In this document: in pieces, positions 37,951-50,978 of the stretch
Numbering within the stretch: position 1 is the stretch's first letter
Layout of the letters: every line of letters begins with the position of its first letter
Assembly (NCBI GenBank): GCA_008632985.1
Contig: QPGO01000067.1
Span: 258,142 to 322,141, forward strand
Source of the DNA: Psammoneis japonica
Lineage: Eukaryota
Reading direction: 5' to 3'
DNA length: 64,000 nt
The notes under the pieces: model-generated
What the model was told of the DNA's origin: nothing
Seen by the model: only the letters and a program-made list of their open reading frames with translations
The model's database searches: none
Position numbers and translations under genes: made by a program

Positions 37951-39972
37951 CTATGGCCGGACTCGGAAAACTTCCGACCAGGAATGAGTCGGATACTGAC
38001 GTTTCAACGACATGTTGTTGATTATGACCGCGGGAAGCAATGAAATTGCTGTTGACAGTAGCAGCATTCCATAATGTTTCCATTCAAAAAGCCCGGAAGC
38101 AAGAAGGACAGAACTCGCACCCGCAGGTGGATGCATGACTCCAAATTTCCCCATGAGAGCGATAGATAGTGCTGGTGCGATGGCTTGACGTAGCCAGGTG
38201 CTCATCACATTGTCTGGGATATGCGAGATTGCAAGAGAGATTGCCCCGGCAAGTGCTTGGCCGAGAATAGCATTTCGTGGTTGAGATGCGGGAGCAGCCG
38301 TCAGCCCATATTGTAGCGCCATTAATGCCCCGATGGGGCCCATAACGAAGAATAGATCCCCACTTGACTCTGTGCGAATTACATCGTTAAGACCTGATAT
38401 CAACAAGAGTCCAGAGAAGCATCCTAGAAGCGTCCAAAGCGACTGTCGTAATGTCATTGCTGGAGGGATTTGAAGATTGCCACCGCGACATTTTCGTGAC
38501 CACATTGTAGCCCTTTTCTTGGCCTTGGTACAATTCGACGACTCGTTCATGAGGTCCTCTGACACGTCATCCTTGCCAGTGTCAATGTGCAGATACTCCG
38601 ACATGGAAACAGGTCTCACGGCCATCGCCGCTAACCGAGCCTCGTTGGAAGCCAAAACAGATCCTATTGATTCTGCTGCTCGAATCATCAATACTTGATT
38701 CGGATAGTCATACAGTTGTTCCGCGTCCTCTTGGAGCTGGCTGAGGAAAATGACAAGGCCTTGTCGGCCTCCCGAGTGGAATGGAACACCGGCGGCATAA
38801 TTGAAACCTGCATTGTGTAAAAGTAAGAGCCGAGGAGTCTTTGGCAGGTCAGGATTTTCCACAAGCGCATTTATATCCCTCCAACTGAGAACCAGTCGGG
38901 GATGCAATTGATCCTCGTCCAAGTCATTTTTGGGTGTCCCACGAAACTTTGGTATTCGGAGTTGCTTTTTGCGAGAGTCAAAGCTCCGATTTGCAGCACC
39001 AGACCAAGTATTTATGCGTCTATGCTTTGGTTTGGCGGCGTCCAAATTAGCATCAGGAGCTTTTGCGTCATTCGTGGGAGTTGCCGATCCGCCCATTGCC
39101 TTGGATAACGATGCAAAGACATCCGCCCCATGCAAGGAACCGCCTGAAAACACCTTTCCACCCCTTCCAGAGCCTGACTCTGATGCGGGAGCTCGTGCCT
39201 TGGCAAATAAACTAGAGCCGAAAATGCTCCCCCCTCTTTGTGATCCAGATGGAGATGGGGTTGCTCGACCAAACAGATTGCCTCCTCTACCCGATAAGTT
39301 CATCCCTCCACCCTCCATGGACTCTGCCCACAAGTGACCAGGAAGATCCACACCCACAGATACCGGTTCTGCTGGCTCGTGCATGGGATTGGACGGATCC
39401 TCCAGTCGCGACAAGAACTCGTCCATTACCATTTCAGGATTGCGCCAGTACCCACCGTCGGGTCGAATCAGCAAACTCCCATGTTGAAGAAACCATACCT
39501 CCACAGCGTCCACTCCCCAAGCATCTTGACCTGTTTCTGTAACTATTCGATTCAAGCGTTTCTCCTCGACGGATCGGTTATCGACCGGAACTTCTTCCTT
39601 CTTTTCATCTTTTGACGTTTGCTTTTTGTACGACGGTAACATTGATTCTACCATCAGTCGACTCCTCATTTTCAAGAACTTTGGAGTACCTGACGATGAG
39701 CCTTGCTTATTTTCTTCGAGCCTCGGAGGCAACGTTTGAGAACGATGATAAAATGGAACACGCGCTCTATCCTCATCATGGTTTGTGTCTTCTTTTCTGG
39801 CGGCATTCTCGGTCGGAACTGTCAAACTGGAATCAGTTCGTTCAGTCTGATGTGTCTGTTGTGATTCATGCAGTGGTAAGGGAGTTTCTCCTTCTATCAG
39901 TGCTACTGGTGATCTCTGATGCCGTCGTTGAGGACGGCTTTTGCCGTCGCTTGTGGTCGGGCTCGACGTCAT
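37951..39972 (-). CDS. HPP-family membrane protein with long soluble N-terminus
   Basis: C-terminal TM region with APASQPRNAILGQ and MHPPAGAS. Confidence 0.85.
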   Translation of the reverse strand: MTSSPTTSDGKSRPQRRHQRSPVALIEGETPLPLHESQQTHQTERTDSSLTVPTENAARKEDTNHDEDRARVPFYHRSQTLPPRLEENKQGSSSGTPKFLKMRSRLMVESMLPSYKKQTSKDEKKEEVPVDNRSVEEKRLNRIVTETGQDAWGVDAVEVWFLQHGSLLIRPDGGYWRNPEMVMDEFLSRLEDPSNPMHEPAEPVSVGVDLPGHLWAESMEGGGMNLSGRGGNLFGRATPSPSGSQRGGSIFGSSLFAKARAPASESGSGRGGKVFSGGSLHGADVFASLSKAMGGSATPTNDAKAPDANLDAAKPKHRRINTWSGAANRSFDSRKKQLRIPKFRGTPKNDLDEDQLHPRLVLSWRDINALVENPDLPKTPRLLLLHNAGFNYAAGVPFHSGGRQGLVIFLSQLQEDAEQLYDYPNQVLMIRAAESIGSVLASNEARLAAMAVRPVSMSEYLHIDTGKDDVSEDLMNESSNCTKAKKRATMWSRKCRGGNLQIPPAMTLRQSLWTLLGCFSGLLLISGLNDVIRTESSGDLFFVMGPIGALMALQYGLTAAPASQPRNAILGQALAGAISLAISHIPDNVMSTWLRQAIAPALSIALMGKFGVMHPPAGASSVLLASGLFEWKHYGMLLLSTAISLLPAVIINNMSLKRQYPTHSWSEVFRVRP

Positions 39973-40332
39973 ACTTTCCTGAACCTTTTCTGTTCTTAGC
40001 GTTCCTCTAGAATCCCATCACTCCTTCGCAACTAGATGAAAAGCAAAGTACTGCGCAGGATAGCACCTCTTGGCCTCGAGAACAATGTGGTCGATTGGTG
40101 CACAGGGAACGCTGGGAGCGTCATTGTGGTCAAAGAAATAAATGAGCTATTGTCAGTACCGGTATCTTCCCCATACATCCGGGTATCTTACGTGTGGCTC
40201 AATAACTGTCGACAGACAGGCAGGATAATTCAAAATGCATGTATTCTGTTCTGAATAGTTGGATTAATTTTTCAGTCCCATCCGTTGAGAGAACCGCGCA
40301 CAACAATAATAGCCAACATTGCAAAAAGCACC

Positions 40333-41129
40333 ATGAGCCAAAGTTACGGCGAACCAGACTGGGCCACACCCGGTGCCACTAATGCACCAGTCACCACGAC
40401 ACAAGATGCATTGTCGGGTGGTGCCATTACTGCACCGACACCAGAATCTCGGTAAGTTGAGGCATGTGTTTTTGCGATGGCAATGCGTCAAACGCTGTTT
40501 TGTAGGTCACGCGCATGCCGGATTCCGTCTGCGGTGGGATTGCACGTAATTTATCTGTATCGCACGCTGTTGGAGGGAATCTGAGCTCCTGCAGAACTCA
40601 AATTTAACTCACCTTTTTTGTGTTTCTCGCAATGACGCCTTTACTTCTCAGGGACAATTCCAAAGGTCTCATTATTCTCTTGTCATTTGTCGACATGGGA
40701 CTTGCGGGTCTCATGGCTGCGCTCGGAGTGCTGTCGATTATTGATTTCAACCCATCAAGCACAAAAGACTATGCCGAGGTGTTTCTCTCTGTGTACATGA
40801 TTATTTTCGCCATGTTGCTGTTGATTTATGAACTCATGTATTGGATGGCGATTCCATTCATCAATCGGACCTTGCGCAAGAACTTTGGGTTCCTCTATGG
40901 ACTCAAGGGGAAGGGATTTTACCTTATTTTTATTGCCTTTTTGACGATTGGATTGAGAGATCAGACCTCGTTGAAAACCATGGCATTGGCGACGGGTATT
41001 GCCTTTTTGGCGGTCGGTGTCATTCACATCTTTCTAGTTTGTACCAAGCCGGAAATGGTTGATGCGTACAAAGCTCCTACCAGTGGCTTGACACAGTCAT
41101 CCACGGATAACGGAAGCGCTCCGGTTTAG
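40333..41129 (+). CDS. COPI-associated (Tvp15-like) Golgi membrane protein, 1 intron
   Basis: Exon 1 MSQSYGEPDWATPG, intron about 40452-40651, four TM segments with NFGFLYGLKGKGFYLIFIAFL. Confidence 0.8.
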
Positions 41130-41314
41130 AACGTGAGTCTTTCTCCTTCGCGGACTGTACGTGCTTTGCACAGGCAGCACTGAAGGTTTACATACACCCG
41201 TAAGAATCTAGCACTTGTTAGGTTAGCAGATGGGTGTCTCGTTACTGTATATGGTCATAGCGCTTACTCTGTTAAAAAGGTTTTCGAGTATGAAGCGACC
41301 GCTCGTTGTCTTTG

Positions 41315-42583
41315 TTACGCAACAACGTCCAGTTTCTCCATCATGGAGGTGAGTTCTTCGTTCCCTGGGCTAGCAATCAGTGCTTGGGCCACTGCCTCTT
41401 TTGCTTCTTGCGTTTTTCCCAATCCCCGCAGTGCTCGTGCCCGATACACATGGACCTGGGCTGTAAGCTCGGTCGACAGCTTGAATTCCAGCATGGCATT
41501 CGCATTGTCTAGAGCGCCAGTGTAGTCCTCGAGCTCCAATCGAACAGCACATTGCTTCTCATGGAGTTGGCAGACAAGATTCTCCAAAAGTGAAGGTGGT
41601 GTCGTGGATGTGTAGAGTGACTCCACTTTTTGTAGAGCCTCATTGTAGTGCTCAAGCGCCTCACTGGGTTGTTGCATGCAATCCATGCCTTTGCGAAAAC
41701 AAACCTCCGACTGACTTAGCGTGTCAAAGTAACCAGGATTTCCTTTTATATGCTCAATCAAGGTTTCTTGCTCCTTTTCAATAGCGATAAACAATGCCAC
41801 AAGATAGGTGATTTTCTGGTGCAAAGCGCTGTACTTTTCTTTCGGATAGGTTCTTGCTGCCGCGTCAACGAAATGCCTCATTTGCACAGCGCCCTATTTC
41901 GAATGTAATCGGGATAAAATTGATAAGACGAAAAAAATCAAGGTTGAGCTAAACAATTCATAGTGCTAGTGCTTTCTGGTATCGTGAAGAAGACACGAAA
42001 GAAAGACACTCACCCGCAATGCATTCAAATCGTCACCCAAACACATGGCGGCCAAGGTTGTCAGGGCTTCTTCCACCAAAGGCGCCATGGAGGCGACCGA
42101 CATGGTGCTATTCGTATCTTGCAAACAGTGCTCTAATACCAATGATACATATTCAAACGCTCTGGCAGACCTACACCGTGTTCTTCCGACTTTGTTGCGG
42201 ACAAGACAACACTTTGTCGCCTTGAGGCCGCCCAACAACACGGGCAACTTGCGTTCTGTGAGAGGCGACTCTGTCGCTGTTGTACTTTGCACCAATTGAA
42301 TAATCAGTTCGATGCTTCCCATACCATGATTTACGGCAATCGATTTCTTTGCTTCGTCCAAGCCAAATATAAGTTTCGTCATGGCGTCTAGCAACGACAG
42401 CACCCGTTTCTCATGATGGTCGAGGCTTTTCTTGTCGCCAGCGCTTTTGCTACTCGCTACCTGCACCGCTTGATCGTAAAATGACGACCACAGTTTGGAA
42501 AATCCCTCATTATCAAAGACAGGAGAGGCAATCCCCTGAACTCTCTTGGGATCAGTAGCGCTGTCAGTGCTATTGCTGCTCAT
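41315..42583 (-). CDS. Helical-repeat protein with C-terminal TPR motifs, 1 intron
   Basis: ORFs 41966-42583 and 41315-41887 joined by a GTGAGT..TAG intron; TPR-like LELEDYTGALDNA and YRARALRGLGKTQEAKEAVAQALIASPGN. Confidence 0.75.
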
Positions 42584-42960
42584 CTTTTCTCTCTGAAGAG
42601 AATGAATAAGTGAGCAAAATCACAAAAAGATGTCAACGGTGTGGCCGTCATCCGGTCGGGTTTCCCGCGCAAAATCCAGTCGATGTAGTCGACAGTCATC
42701 AATGCTTTGATAAGTCATTTCTTATCATTTTCTTACATACCCTCATGAGACTATATAACATTTGTGGATTTATGCCCATCCATGCAGGAAAACCCAAGAG
42801 CGCTGAATTTTGTGGAGGCCACTCATCATCACGACTCAAGCACTGAAGAGTTTATCGTGTGAATAAGTTGGTGATAGATTGAAAACTGCATTTCCTCAGA
42901 TAGAATCAAGAGGACCAAGATTGTGAGTGTGGTCTACAGTTTACAGTTTGCACGAGCACA

Positions 42961-44767
42961 ATGAGCTATCAGCCTGGTGGAGACGATGGTTTGGGTCGCT
43001 ATCGACAGGAGATGAATCAAAGGTTTGGATCCCCTGGAGAGGCGAACAAGCCGCCTCCGAGTAGGTCAAGGATGTCTGGAAATTTTTCCTTTGCCAGTTC
43101 ACGAAGACAGCAAGATAATGATGATGGTTCGAGGGCAAACAGTGGTGCTGGTGGCGCACAACGGGCGTCGCTCATGAGTAAGTTTGGTCTCCCTGGATGG
43201 GCAAAGAACGCCAAGGATGACCCCGCATTATCCGATGACGAATATTTTGACGACCATCTAGCCCCCGAGGAGAAGAAGATGGAAGAACAAGTCCAACTCG
43301 AACAAAACACAGGGGCTACCAAAGAAGGGCGGCCGTGGAGAATGAAAACAAGACTTTGGTCCAGTGGTCTCGAAAAGTCAGCCCGTAACATGTCGTCAAA
43401 TAATGGAAGGAACGAACAGAAGCAAGAGGACAACTTCGACGTTGTATCACAGTTTGATGTAGGAAGGTGGCAAGAAGTGGACAACGACACAATTTTTGAA
43501 GAAAATTTTGGCAACGTTTGGGATGATGCAACGTTCACCCCAGAGGAACACAGAGGAAAGAAATACACGTACAACTCGGGCAAAGCCACTGCGCCGCCGC
43601 CGAAAAAATACACGTATAGTGCTGGAAAGGTCTCTTCGGGTCCGAATAGGGAAAGTCTGCCGGCCGCGATCACTGAAGAGGAAGAGGAGGAGGAAGAGGA
43701 ACCAACCTTCAATAGGAGAAGAGAGCTTGGAAGAAGGCGTGGAGGTAGGAAGTCAGAACACTCGCTTCAAGTATCTGTGGGAGATACGACAGTACCTACA
43801 TCCAACTTGACTTCAATGTCTTTTGGAGATACGACGGCGCCTACATCCAACTTGACTGCAAACGGGAAGAAAGCACCAAACGAAGTTAAGAGGCGAGCAC
43901 GTGAGGGCGCCGAGCAACCCTCGAGGTCTCGCACACCGCACCAAAGGAGATACAGTAACCCAATGCCTCCTGTAGAAGAAGACGACGGGGTTGGACAGGC
44001 AGAGATGTCTATGAGGCGTTCGAGAAGTAGGGATCCGTACGATGACCAAGAACGCAAGCGAGGACAAAGGCGTGGAGAGGAAGAAGTAGGAGCTACGCCG
44101 CGGAAGTCAGAAAAGCGATCCAAAAAGAAACGAGGGGACGGTGACTCAGTGGCCTCGTCTCGTCGTAGTGCGTCTTCCCCGCATCGGAGATCAAGCAAAA
44201 TGAATGAATTGATAGAGGAACATGAAAATGAAAGAGCTTCAAGGACAAAAAAGAAATCATCGCGACGTAAGAGCTCAAGCGGAGATCATGATGCCGAAGT
44301 CAAGAAGCGTTCCAGCAAGACCAAATCAAGGGAGGAGAAGGAGTCCCCGAGAGACAAAAGCTCAAGAAAGCGACACAGTACTAGGACGAAAACTAGCGAT
44401 GACCATGAAAAATCACGCAGGCACCGGTCCACAGACGTTGATGTGCAGGAAGAAGAAGGTGAAGAGTCAAGAAGAGATCGTCGAAAAGATCCCCGTCGAA
44501 AGCAGAGACGCATCACGTCGACGCCGTTCCTCTGACGCGGACGTTCGCGAAGAGAAGAAATCATCAAGAAGATCGCCCTCCAAACCTAGAGAGGAGCGAA
44601 AATCCAAAAGGAAGTCATCACGGGCGGAGTCCAGTGACATCCACGAGGAGGAAGTAGCCCAGCCCACAAGTCAAAGAAAGAAAAGTCCAAATCAGGGGAG
44701 AAAAAGAAAAAGAAAAGAGCGTGAAAAGCGGATTGTCAAAGAAAAAATCGGACAAGCCAGACGGTGA
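42961..44767 (+). CDS. Low-complexity Arg/Ser/Lys/Glu-rich protein, apparent frameshifts near 44490-44500, 3' end uncertain
   Basis: 524 aa ORF whose composition continues in another frame (SRDASRRRRSSD); internal repeats KKYTY and GDTTxPTSNLT, each twice. Confidence 0.7.
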
Positions 44768-45335
44768 GAGGAAGCACGTAAGTTCCCGCATGAAACGACG
44801 GGCCGCCTAGCGTAGCTAAAATGCGCAATGCAGTCCTAATATCCATTTTTCGGCCGCACGCTGGAGAAATAGCATTGCGTCCCTATTTAAAATTGCTAGC
44901 TATGGAGAACTCGCTGGACCAAACACGTCCGGGTACAAACATGGCGCAACCGTAGGTTATGTTGCTACACAAATGCATACCATGTTGTCATTGTCAATAG
45001 ATTGAAACTGTTCTTAGTATGGTATGGATGTTCGGATTTACTTGGTCTAGTTGATTTGTCTCCGTAACGACCATCGGCTTGTCATTTATTTCTACTACTT
45101 GCAGCCACTTGAAACTGAGCCTTGAGGCTGCTACGTCACGCAAAGGTCATAAGGCGGTCGCGGTCTACTATGGTACACCGAAAAGCAGGCTAAGCAAGGG
45201 CTCATACTGTAGAGTTGTTATTTTGTACTTTGATGTATTATATACCAGTATAGAAGATCTAGCAACAGCAACTCATCCTTTCACGTAACCATGCCTTACC
45301 TTTGTTTCGTCTGCATGGTTGGACGACTTGCTGCT

Positions 45336-45986
45336 TTATAAAGTGGAGATGTACATTCTCTCTAGCTGTAGTAACTTGTTCCTATCGAAAAGGAAAGTTG
45401 GGTGGAGGAGGCATGGGCGATATGCCTTGGGTGATGAAAGTTGGGAGTAACTGGGAAGTTCCGAAAGAGCAATGGAGGCCAAGTCCAACAATTTGTTGTC
45501 GTGGCGACTCTCTGGCGCACTGAACTTCTCCAGAACAACCTCGCCGTGTGTCTCGTGTGAGATGCTGAATTGCGGCTCTTCCATGGACACGGCCGGTCTT
45601 ACAGCACTGATCGCGTCATCGGAATTCGTTGAAACGGGCAATGTTCTTTTGGCGACGAGCGAAGGACTTGTATTGGCCGATGACGCCATTTTGGGGGAAG
45701 GTATGGAGATTGGGCAAAGCGGAGGAGCCGGGTTTCTTGAAGATGGGAGGAGAGGCGCTGGCGGAAGCGGTCTTTGAATCAATAACAGACCGGTTCCTCC
45801 AACACTAGATTGATTCGCGCTTTGCAATGCTGACGTTTTGAAGTTCGCCCATTCGTCATTGGCCTCGTACTTCTCCAATGGAGTACTCGTTGTTCCGAGG
45901 CTTATAGGGTTGGGTGTTTCAGCCTCGTCTCCAATATGAGAAGCATTATATGCAGCGGTGTGGGGTTGGCTTTGTGTCGGTGTCAT
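45336..45986 (-). CDS. Hypothetical Ser/Pro-rich protein
   Basis: 216 aa ATG-initiated ORF; no recognised motif. Confidence 0.4.
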   Translation of the reverse strand: MTPTQSQPHTAAYNASHIGDEAETPNPISLGTTSTPLEKYEANDEWANFKTSALQSANQSSVGGTGLLLIQRPLPPAPLLPSSRNPAPPLCPISIPSPKMASSANTSPSLVAKRTLPVSTNSDDAISAVRPAVSMEEPQFSISHETHGEVVLEKFSAPESRHDNKLLDLASIALSELPSYSQLSSPKAYRPCLLHPTFLFDRNKLLQLERMYISTL

Positions 45987-46542
45987 GTCATTCTCTGTGA
46001 TGCAAGATTATGCAGAAGACCATGATGTGCAGTTTCCGAATCGAATTTGTGACACTTTCTGTGAAAAAGTGAGAGGCTGTCCCGATAGTTCCGTTGATCG
46101 ATGAGAACTGCGACTTTTATTAGGGCTCTTGGATTTGTTTATAGGCAATTAGGGACGTGGCCTTTTGTATTGCCTCTTCCGTTCGTTGAAAGTGCAAAAG
46201 AGGCTCTAACCTCTCAAAAAGTGAGCGGCATCAGTGACGTTTACATCGCCGTCGAGTCTTGCTTCCTGCACTTTCGCGCATTCGCATAGGCTCTACGGAG
46301 ATTCTACCAAAGATTCGAATCAGTCGTGGTAACGTCAGAAACACGTCATCCACGTGTGGGGTAGATTTTCAGTCGAATGATTCGTCAACGTACCCACCCC
46401 ACCGACGGAATTCTTTTTATGTTTTTTGTTTTTTGCAACGTTGGGTTGTGTTGTGGATCCTAAGAGTACGCTTTTGCATTCTTAGAAGCAAGCTTAGGAG
46501 TACCGGTATTCTTCATCGCACTCTCATTGTCATTCTCACATT

Positions 46543-48311
46543 ATGAATATTTCAAGAGACAGCAGCAGCAGTGACGATCTTCAGGAGCCATTTCTCGATG
46601 AAAATCACGTTGTCGAAAGCAACGAGAATAGTTCAATTGAAAAAGATATCATCATTCCTCGGTGGCTCCTCTGTCGAAACCGTTCCGACCAACCACCTGT
46701 AAAAATCAATCATAATGTCGCTCTGAATTTGCTGGTTTGTGTTGCATACGGTATCGCCGATTCCCTCTGGACTGGAACAGTCATTGCAGCCTACCTGAAA
46801 CGTCTAGGTCAAGGTCGAAACTCACCCGTGGGCGATGTTGAGGCGGCAAGCGGCTTGGCAAATCTCATTAGTGCCTTGCCGGTTGGATACTTGGCTGACA
46901 AGATTGGCCGAGCAAAAGTGATTCGCGCCGGTGGAGTTCTAATTGCAGTGACTGCAGTCGTTCATATTTGGCTATTGGACTGGATCGGAGTCAACCCTTC
47001 AAACATGTTCTCAGCATTATTTCTGCAAAATCAACAGGACAAGGAGTTTTGGTATATGGGCGCCGTCATGTCAATGTGGGGGATAGCTGGTGGAGTCGTA
47101 AACGGACCAGCGCAGGCATTGTATGCAGACTCTACACCGGCTGGACAACGATCAATCTATTATACCTATCTATTTGGGGCTTACTTGTTATCATCGTGTG
47201 TTGGGCCTCTCGTTTCCATTGTACTGTTTCAAACCCTTGGAGATGATTGGAATTTGTATGACTTGAGAATTGTGCTTTATGTTGGTTTGGGATTGGAAAT
47301 GGTGAATGCAGTTCTGATGATGTTCTTTGACGACCGAAAAGCTCTGGAGGAGGGCTGCGATTCAGAGGATGCAACTGGTGAAGTAGCAACGGAAAACGGA
47401 GATGACGAAGTACCCTTAGCATCAGGGCTGGATGATGGACACGATCAGTTGGTTGACACCGGAGACCACTGCGAAAGCATCATAAAACGACGCAAATACA
47501 TTCCGTACATTATCTTTTGTCAGGCTCTCATCTTTTCCATCGGTTCCGGAATGACCGTAAAGTTCTTCCCGTTGTTTTTTAAGGACGAAGTCAAAATGTC
47601 TCCGACGCAAGTTCAGGTAATTTACGTGCTGGTGCCGCTCTCCATGGTCGCCTTGTCTGGAGTAGGTCAAAAGCTGGCAAAGACGGGCTTTGGTCGAGTT
47701 CAATCGGCAATAGTTCTGAATACCTGTGGCGTGTGTTGTCTCTTTTCCATGGTTCTCTTCAAAAGTTTCTTGGACTCGAATCCCTTTATCCTGGTACCAA
47801 TCTATATCATACGAACGGCTCTCATGAATTGGTAAGCGGGACGCACAGTGAAAGCCCTAGCTCTTTGTCTCAACGCCTGGTTGTCTCATCTTTTTGTCTG
47901 CAATGCGTTTTGCATTCTAGTACATATCCCCTTCAGGAATCTATATTGATGGACTTTGTTCCCAAGAATGAACGTGCGCGGTGGAAGTCATTGGATTCGA
48001 TCGCCGTGTTTGGATGGTGTGGCAGCGCTGCGTTTGGCGGATGGTTGTCAGATCGGTATGACTATACATACACGTTCTTTATCACTGCACTGATTCAAAG
48101 CGCGGGTATATTGTGCTTTGCCCTTCTCTTGCCATTGGTACCACGACGCGAGGACGATTTGAGCTCAAATAATAATGTCAGCAACACAAGCAGGCCAGCG
48201 ACAAGTGCTCAGCAGCAATCTCTCAATGAAAATGGAGACACCCACAGTGAGATGTCAAACCAGGTCGATCTCGAGAAGCCTCTCTTAGGTCCAGCGGAAA
48301 GTCTGGAATAG
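46543..48311 (+). CDS. MFS transporter, 1 intron
   Basis: PVGYLADKIGRAKVI motif A, multiple TM segments; intron about 47832-47919 joins ALMNC|TYPLQESILMD; GGWLSDRY. Confidence 0.9.
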
Positions 48312-48637
48312 AAAATACTTTCTTGACAAACCCTTACCGTAGGCCCTCTAGAGTAATTCTTTTTCTAACTCTAGAATAGAGAGGGCCCTACGGAGAGTAC
48401 AGTAGAGTAGCGCCTGTAGCTAAATAGCAAGAGTGCATGGCCGTACAGTACAACGAAAAAGGGAAGAAAAGAGGGGAGTTCGTTCCTCAAGTGTCCACAA
48501 AATCCGCGCGAGCGTTGGGCTATCGCCAAAACGGCGTCATCATCGCTCCTTTCCTTTTTCGTTGCTTCTGATCTTGCACATTAAACACACTGTTGATCAC
48601 AGGAGAGATCAAAACACTCTTCCAACATACATCAGCC

Positions 48638-49973
48638 ATGGCGCTCATTCTGGTTGGCACAGCCGCGTATGCTGCTTATAAAGCAATGAGCGAGAATGAG
48701 TCTCCGTTGGATCCCGAGATTCCTCCTCTCGACGAATTGAAATCAATTTCCTTCCTTCCCCTTGAACTGGCACTTGGCTTGATGGAAGCTCCCATTCATA
48801 CTATTTCCTTCTTTGAAGGAAATTACAAAGAAGTGGCAAAGACTTTGGAACAACGCATCAAGGATATACTGTATGTGAATCCGTGGTTGGGAGGGTGGCT
48901 TTGCAATGATACTAGTAGAAAAGAACTCAAACTCTACTACGATGAAACGGGTGTCAACAAGGCACCAGGGACGTTTCAAGTCTTGAGCCAGGGCAGATTG
49001 CACTTTCCAAGCATGTTCCCTATATGGAATACGACGAAATCTGAAAGATTCTAGGACCAAAGTACCTCATAATCATGATTTGCTGGGAAAGAATGAGGCC
49101 TTGTGGCAAATCAGTGTCATTCCGGATTCACAGAAACCTAATGACCGCTTTGCCATTGTGGCCAGCATGTCGCACATAGCAGGTGATGCCTCTCTATTTT
49201 ACAAATTATTCGACATGCTAGCTCCTCACGTGGAAGTTGTCGCTCTCAATCCTGAACGTCGTCAAGTCGTTACCGACCAAGTTGAAGAACTAATGGGAGC
49301 TTCTGAAATGACATACGTATCCAAGGCAATTTCCAATCCGCTCTGGGACTATACACAAAAAGATGCAGATCCAGTTCAGAGTAGTATCTTTTATGTTTCC
49401 AATGAATGGCTGGAACGACAACGCAGTTTACATGTAAATGGAGAGCAACCCGTATCGGACCACGCATTGCTCGCTTCGACGTTTTTCATCGTTGCCAAAC
49501 CGACGGTCGGATTCAAGATGCATCAGCTTCGTGAACGACTTGAAGATGTGCAAGAGACTGATGCCGGTAATTATCAAGTTTCCATTCCATATACGGAGTA
49601 CGACTATTCCTCACCAGAATTGATTCAGCAATCCGAAAAGGTGTTACGGCGGTGTGGCGAGTACAATCAAGCTCCATTGCCAAGTGCCAGTTGGAACTCA
49701 ACCTATTCAGTAATGACCGATTGGTCTTCCTTTTACACCGAGCCAATTAATCTTGGTGATGGCCTGCAGGAAGTTCTGCACCTGCCTTTGTACAGCACTG
49801 AGGAACTCAAAGTTATTCCGAGCAAAATGTCACTCTTTTGCGTTTTTGCGGCATCTCAACAGCATGACGATTCTCACAAACGACGAATCGGTGTTTCCAT
49901 TGTAGCTCCTCGATCCATTATTGTTGCGATTGAAGAGAGCGGGATTGTGGATGAACCCATTGCAAGGCGTTAG
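48638..49973 (+). CDS. CoA-dependent acyltransferase-like protein (HxxxD), two apparent frameshifts
   Basis: ILYVNPWLGG and MSHIAGDAS motifs; ORFs 48593-49054 and 49080-49973 join if single bases are restored near 48984 and 49038. Confidence 0.65.
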
Positions 49974-50978
49974 AAGATAGGTGTGCGCGCTCATGTCAGA
50001 CGACATGGAAGCTAGCTAGCTGACAAGATCTGTTTGAAAACGAGCCTTTCCATCTGTGAAAGAAGATAGTTCTACAGGCTTAATTTTACTGCTCTATGAT
50101 GCCTTAATGTGTTTCAGAAGCTCATCCACAGGAACTGCAGGAAAGCTGCCTGCTGTTCGAGAAATCAGAGCGGGCGCGATTCCACGCTGTTTCACAGCTG
50201 CACCTTTGGCATCGAGAGGCCCCTCTTGGACCCAAAAGAGTCTGGACCATCAACTTCTTTTCTTCTTGACAAGCTGCTCTCTTTTGCTAGAGCCCTGCGG
50301 TGCTTTGCGCAAGTTGTGTGTCGGTTTGAAAGCTCACATGGCATTTATCAGTGTGTTGAGCTGTGTGCTGTGTGGGCAATGTGAGCCGCATTTTTGTCAC
50401 CATGGCCTTGTCGTTTTTCGCATCGAAAATTTAGTGAGGCTCATTTTTATTTTACGCATGATTTGTAGAGCACGTGTGCACACTTGCATCAAATCTGTCA
50501 AGTTTGATGTGCTTCATTGAATGAAGTGTGAAACACTCTAAGCTTGAGGTTGTCAGGTGCGGCACACAACATGAACACTCCCCCGGGGGAGAGATGACGA
50601 CTCTTCCTGGGAGGGGTGCGAACCTTTCACGGGGGCTCCTGGAGGGCTGCAAACTTTCTTGCGGTGGCTCCTCTGGCTGCCCTGGGGGGGGGATGCAAAT
50701 TTTCTCAAAGGGTTCCCCACTTGGCTCAACATTTCTTACAACTCCTGATGCTCTGTGGTGCCCACTCCCGGCTTGGGAGGTCTGTAATTGTGGTGCCCAA
50801 CTTGCATCTTGAGGGCATGCCAATTTTCTCATGGGCATTCCTGGGGAGGTGTGGCAAAAATGACATGTTGTGTTGGAGTGCCAAGATCATGGGTGCTGGT
50901 GCAAGGAATCCGGGTCCACCAAAGAAATGACACTTTGGCTCCCAGCGTGGTGAGTTGGCAACAGCTCTCTTGGGATTT

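Noticed and set aside
5587..49973. Cluster of pseudogenes or programmed frameshifts (near 6585, 25424, 25214, 44490, 48984, 49038)
   Set aside because: Each is repaired by adding one base to a short homopolymer, the typical long-read consensus error. Short reads are needed to confirm.
5213..50000. A gene for the putative TpA mutator within the window
   Set aside because: No deaminase (HxE..PCxxC) or methyltransferase motif was recognised in any ORF; the unassigned ORFs give no supporting evidence.
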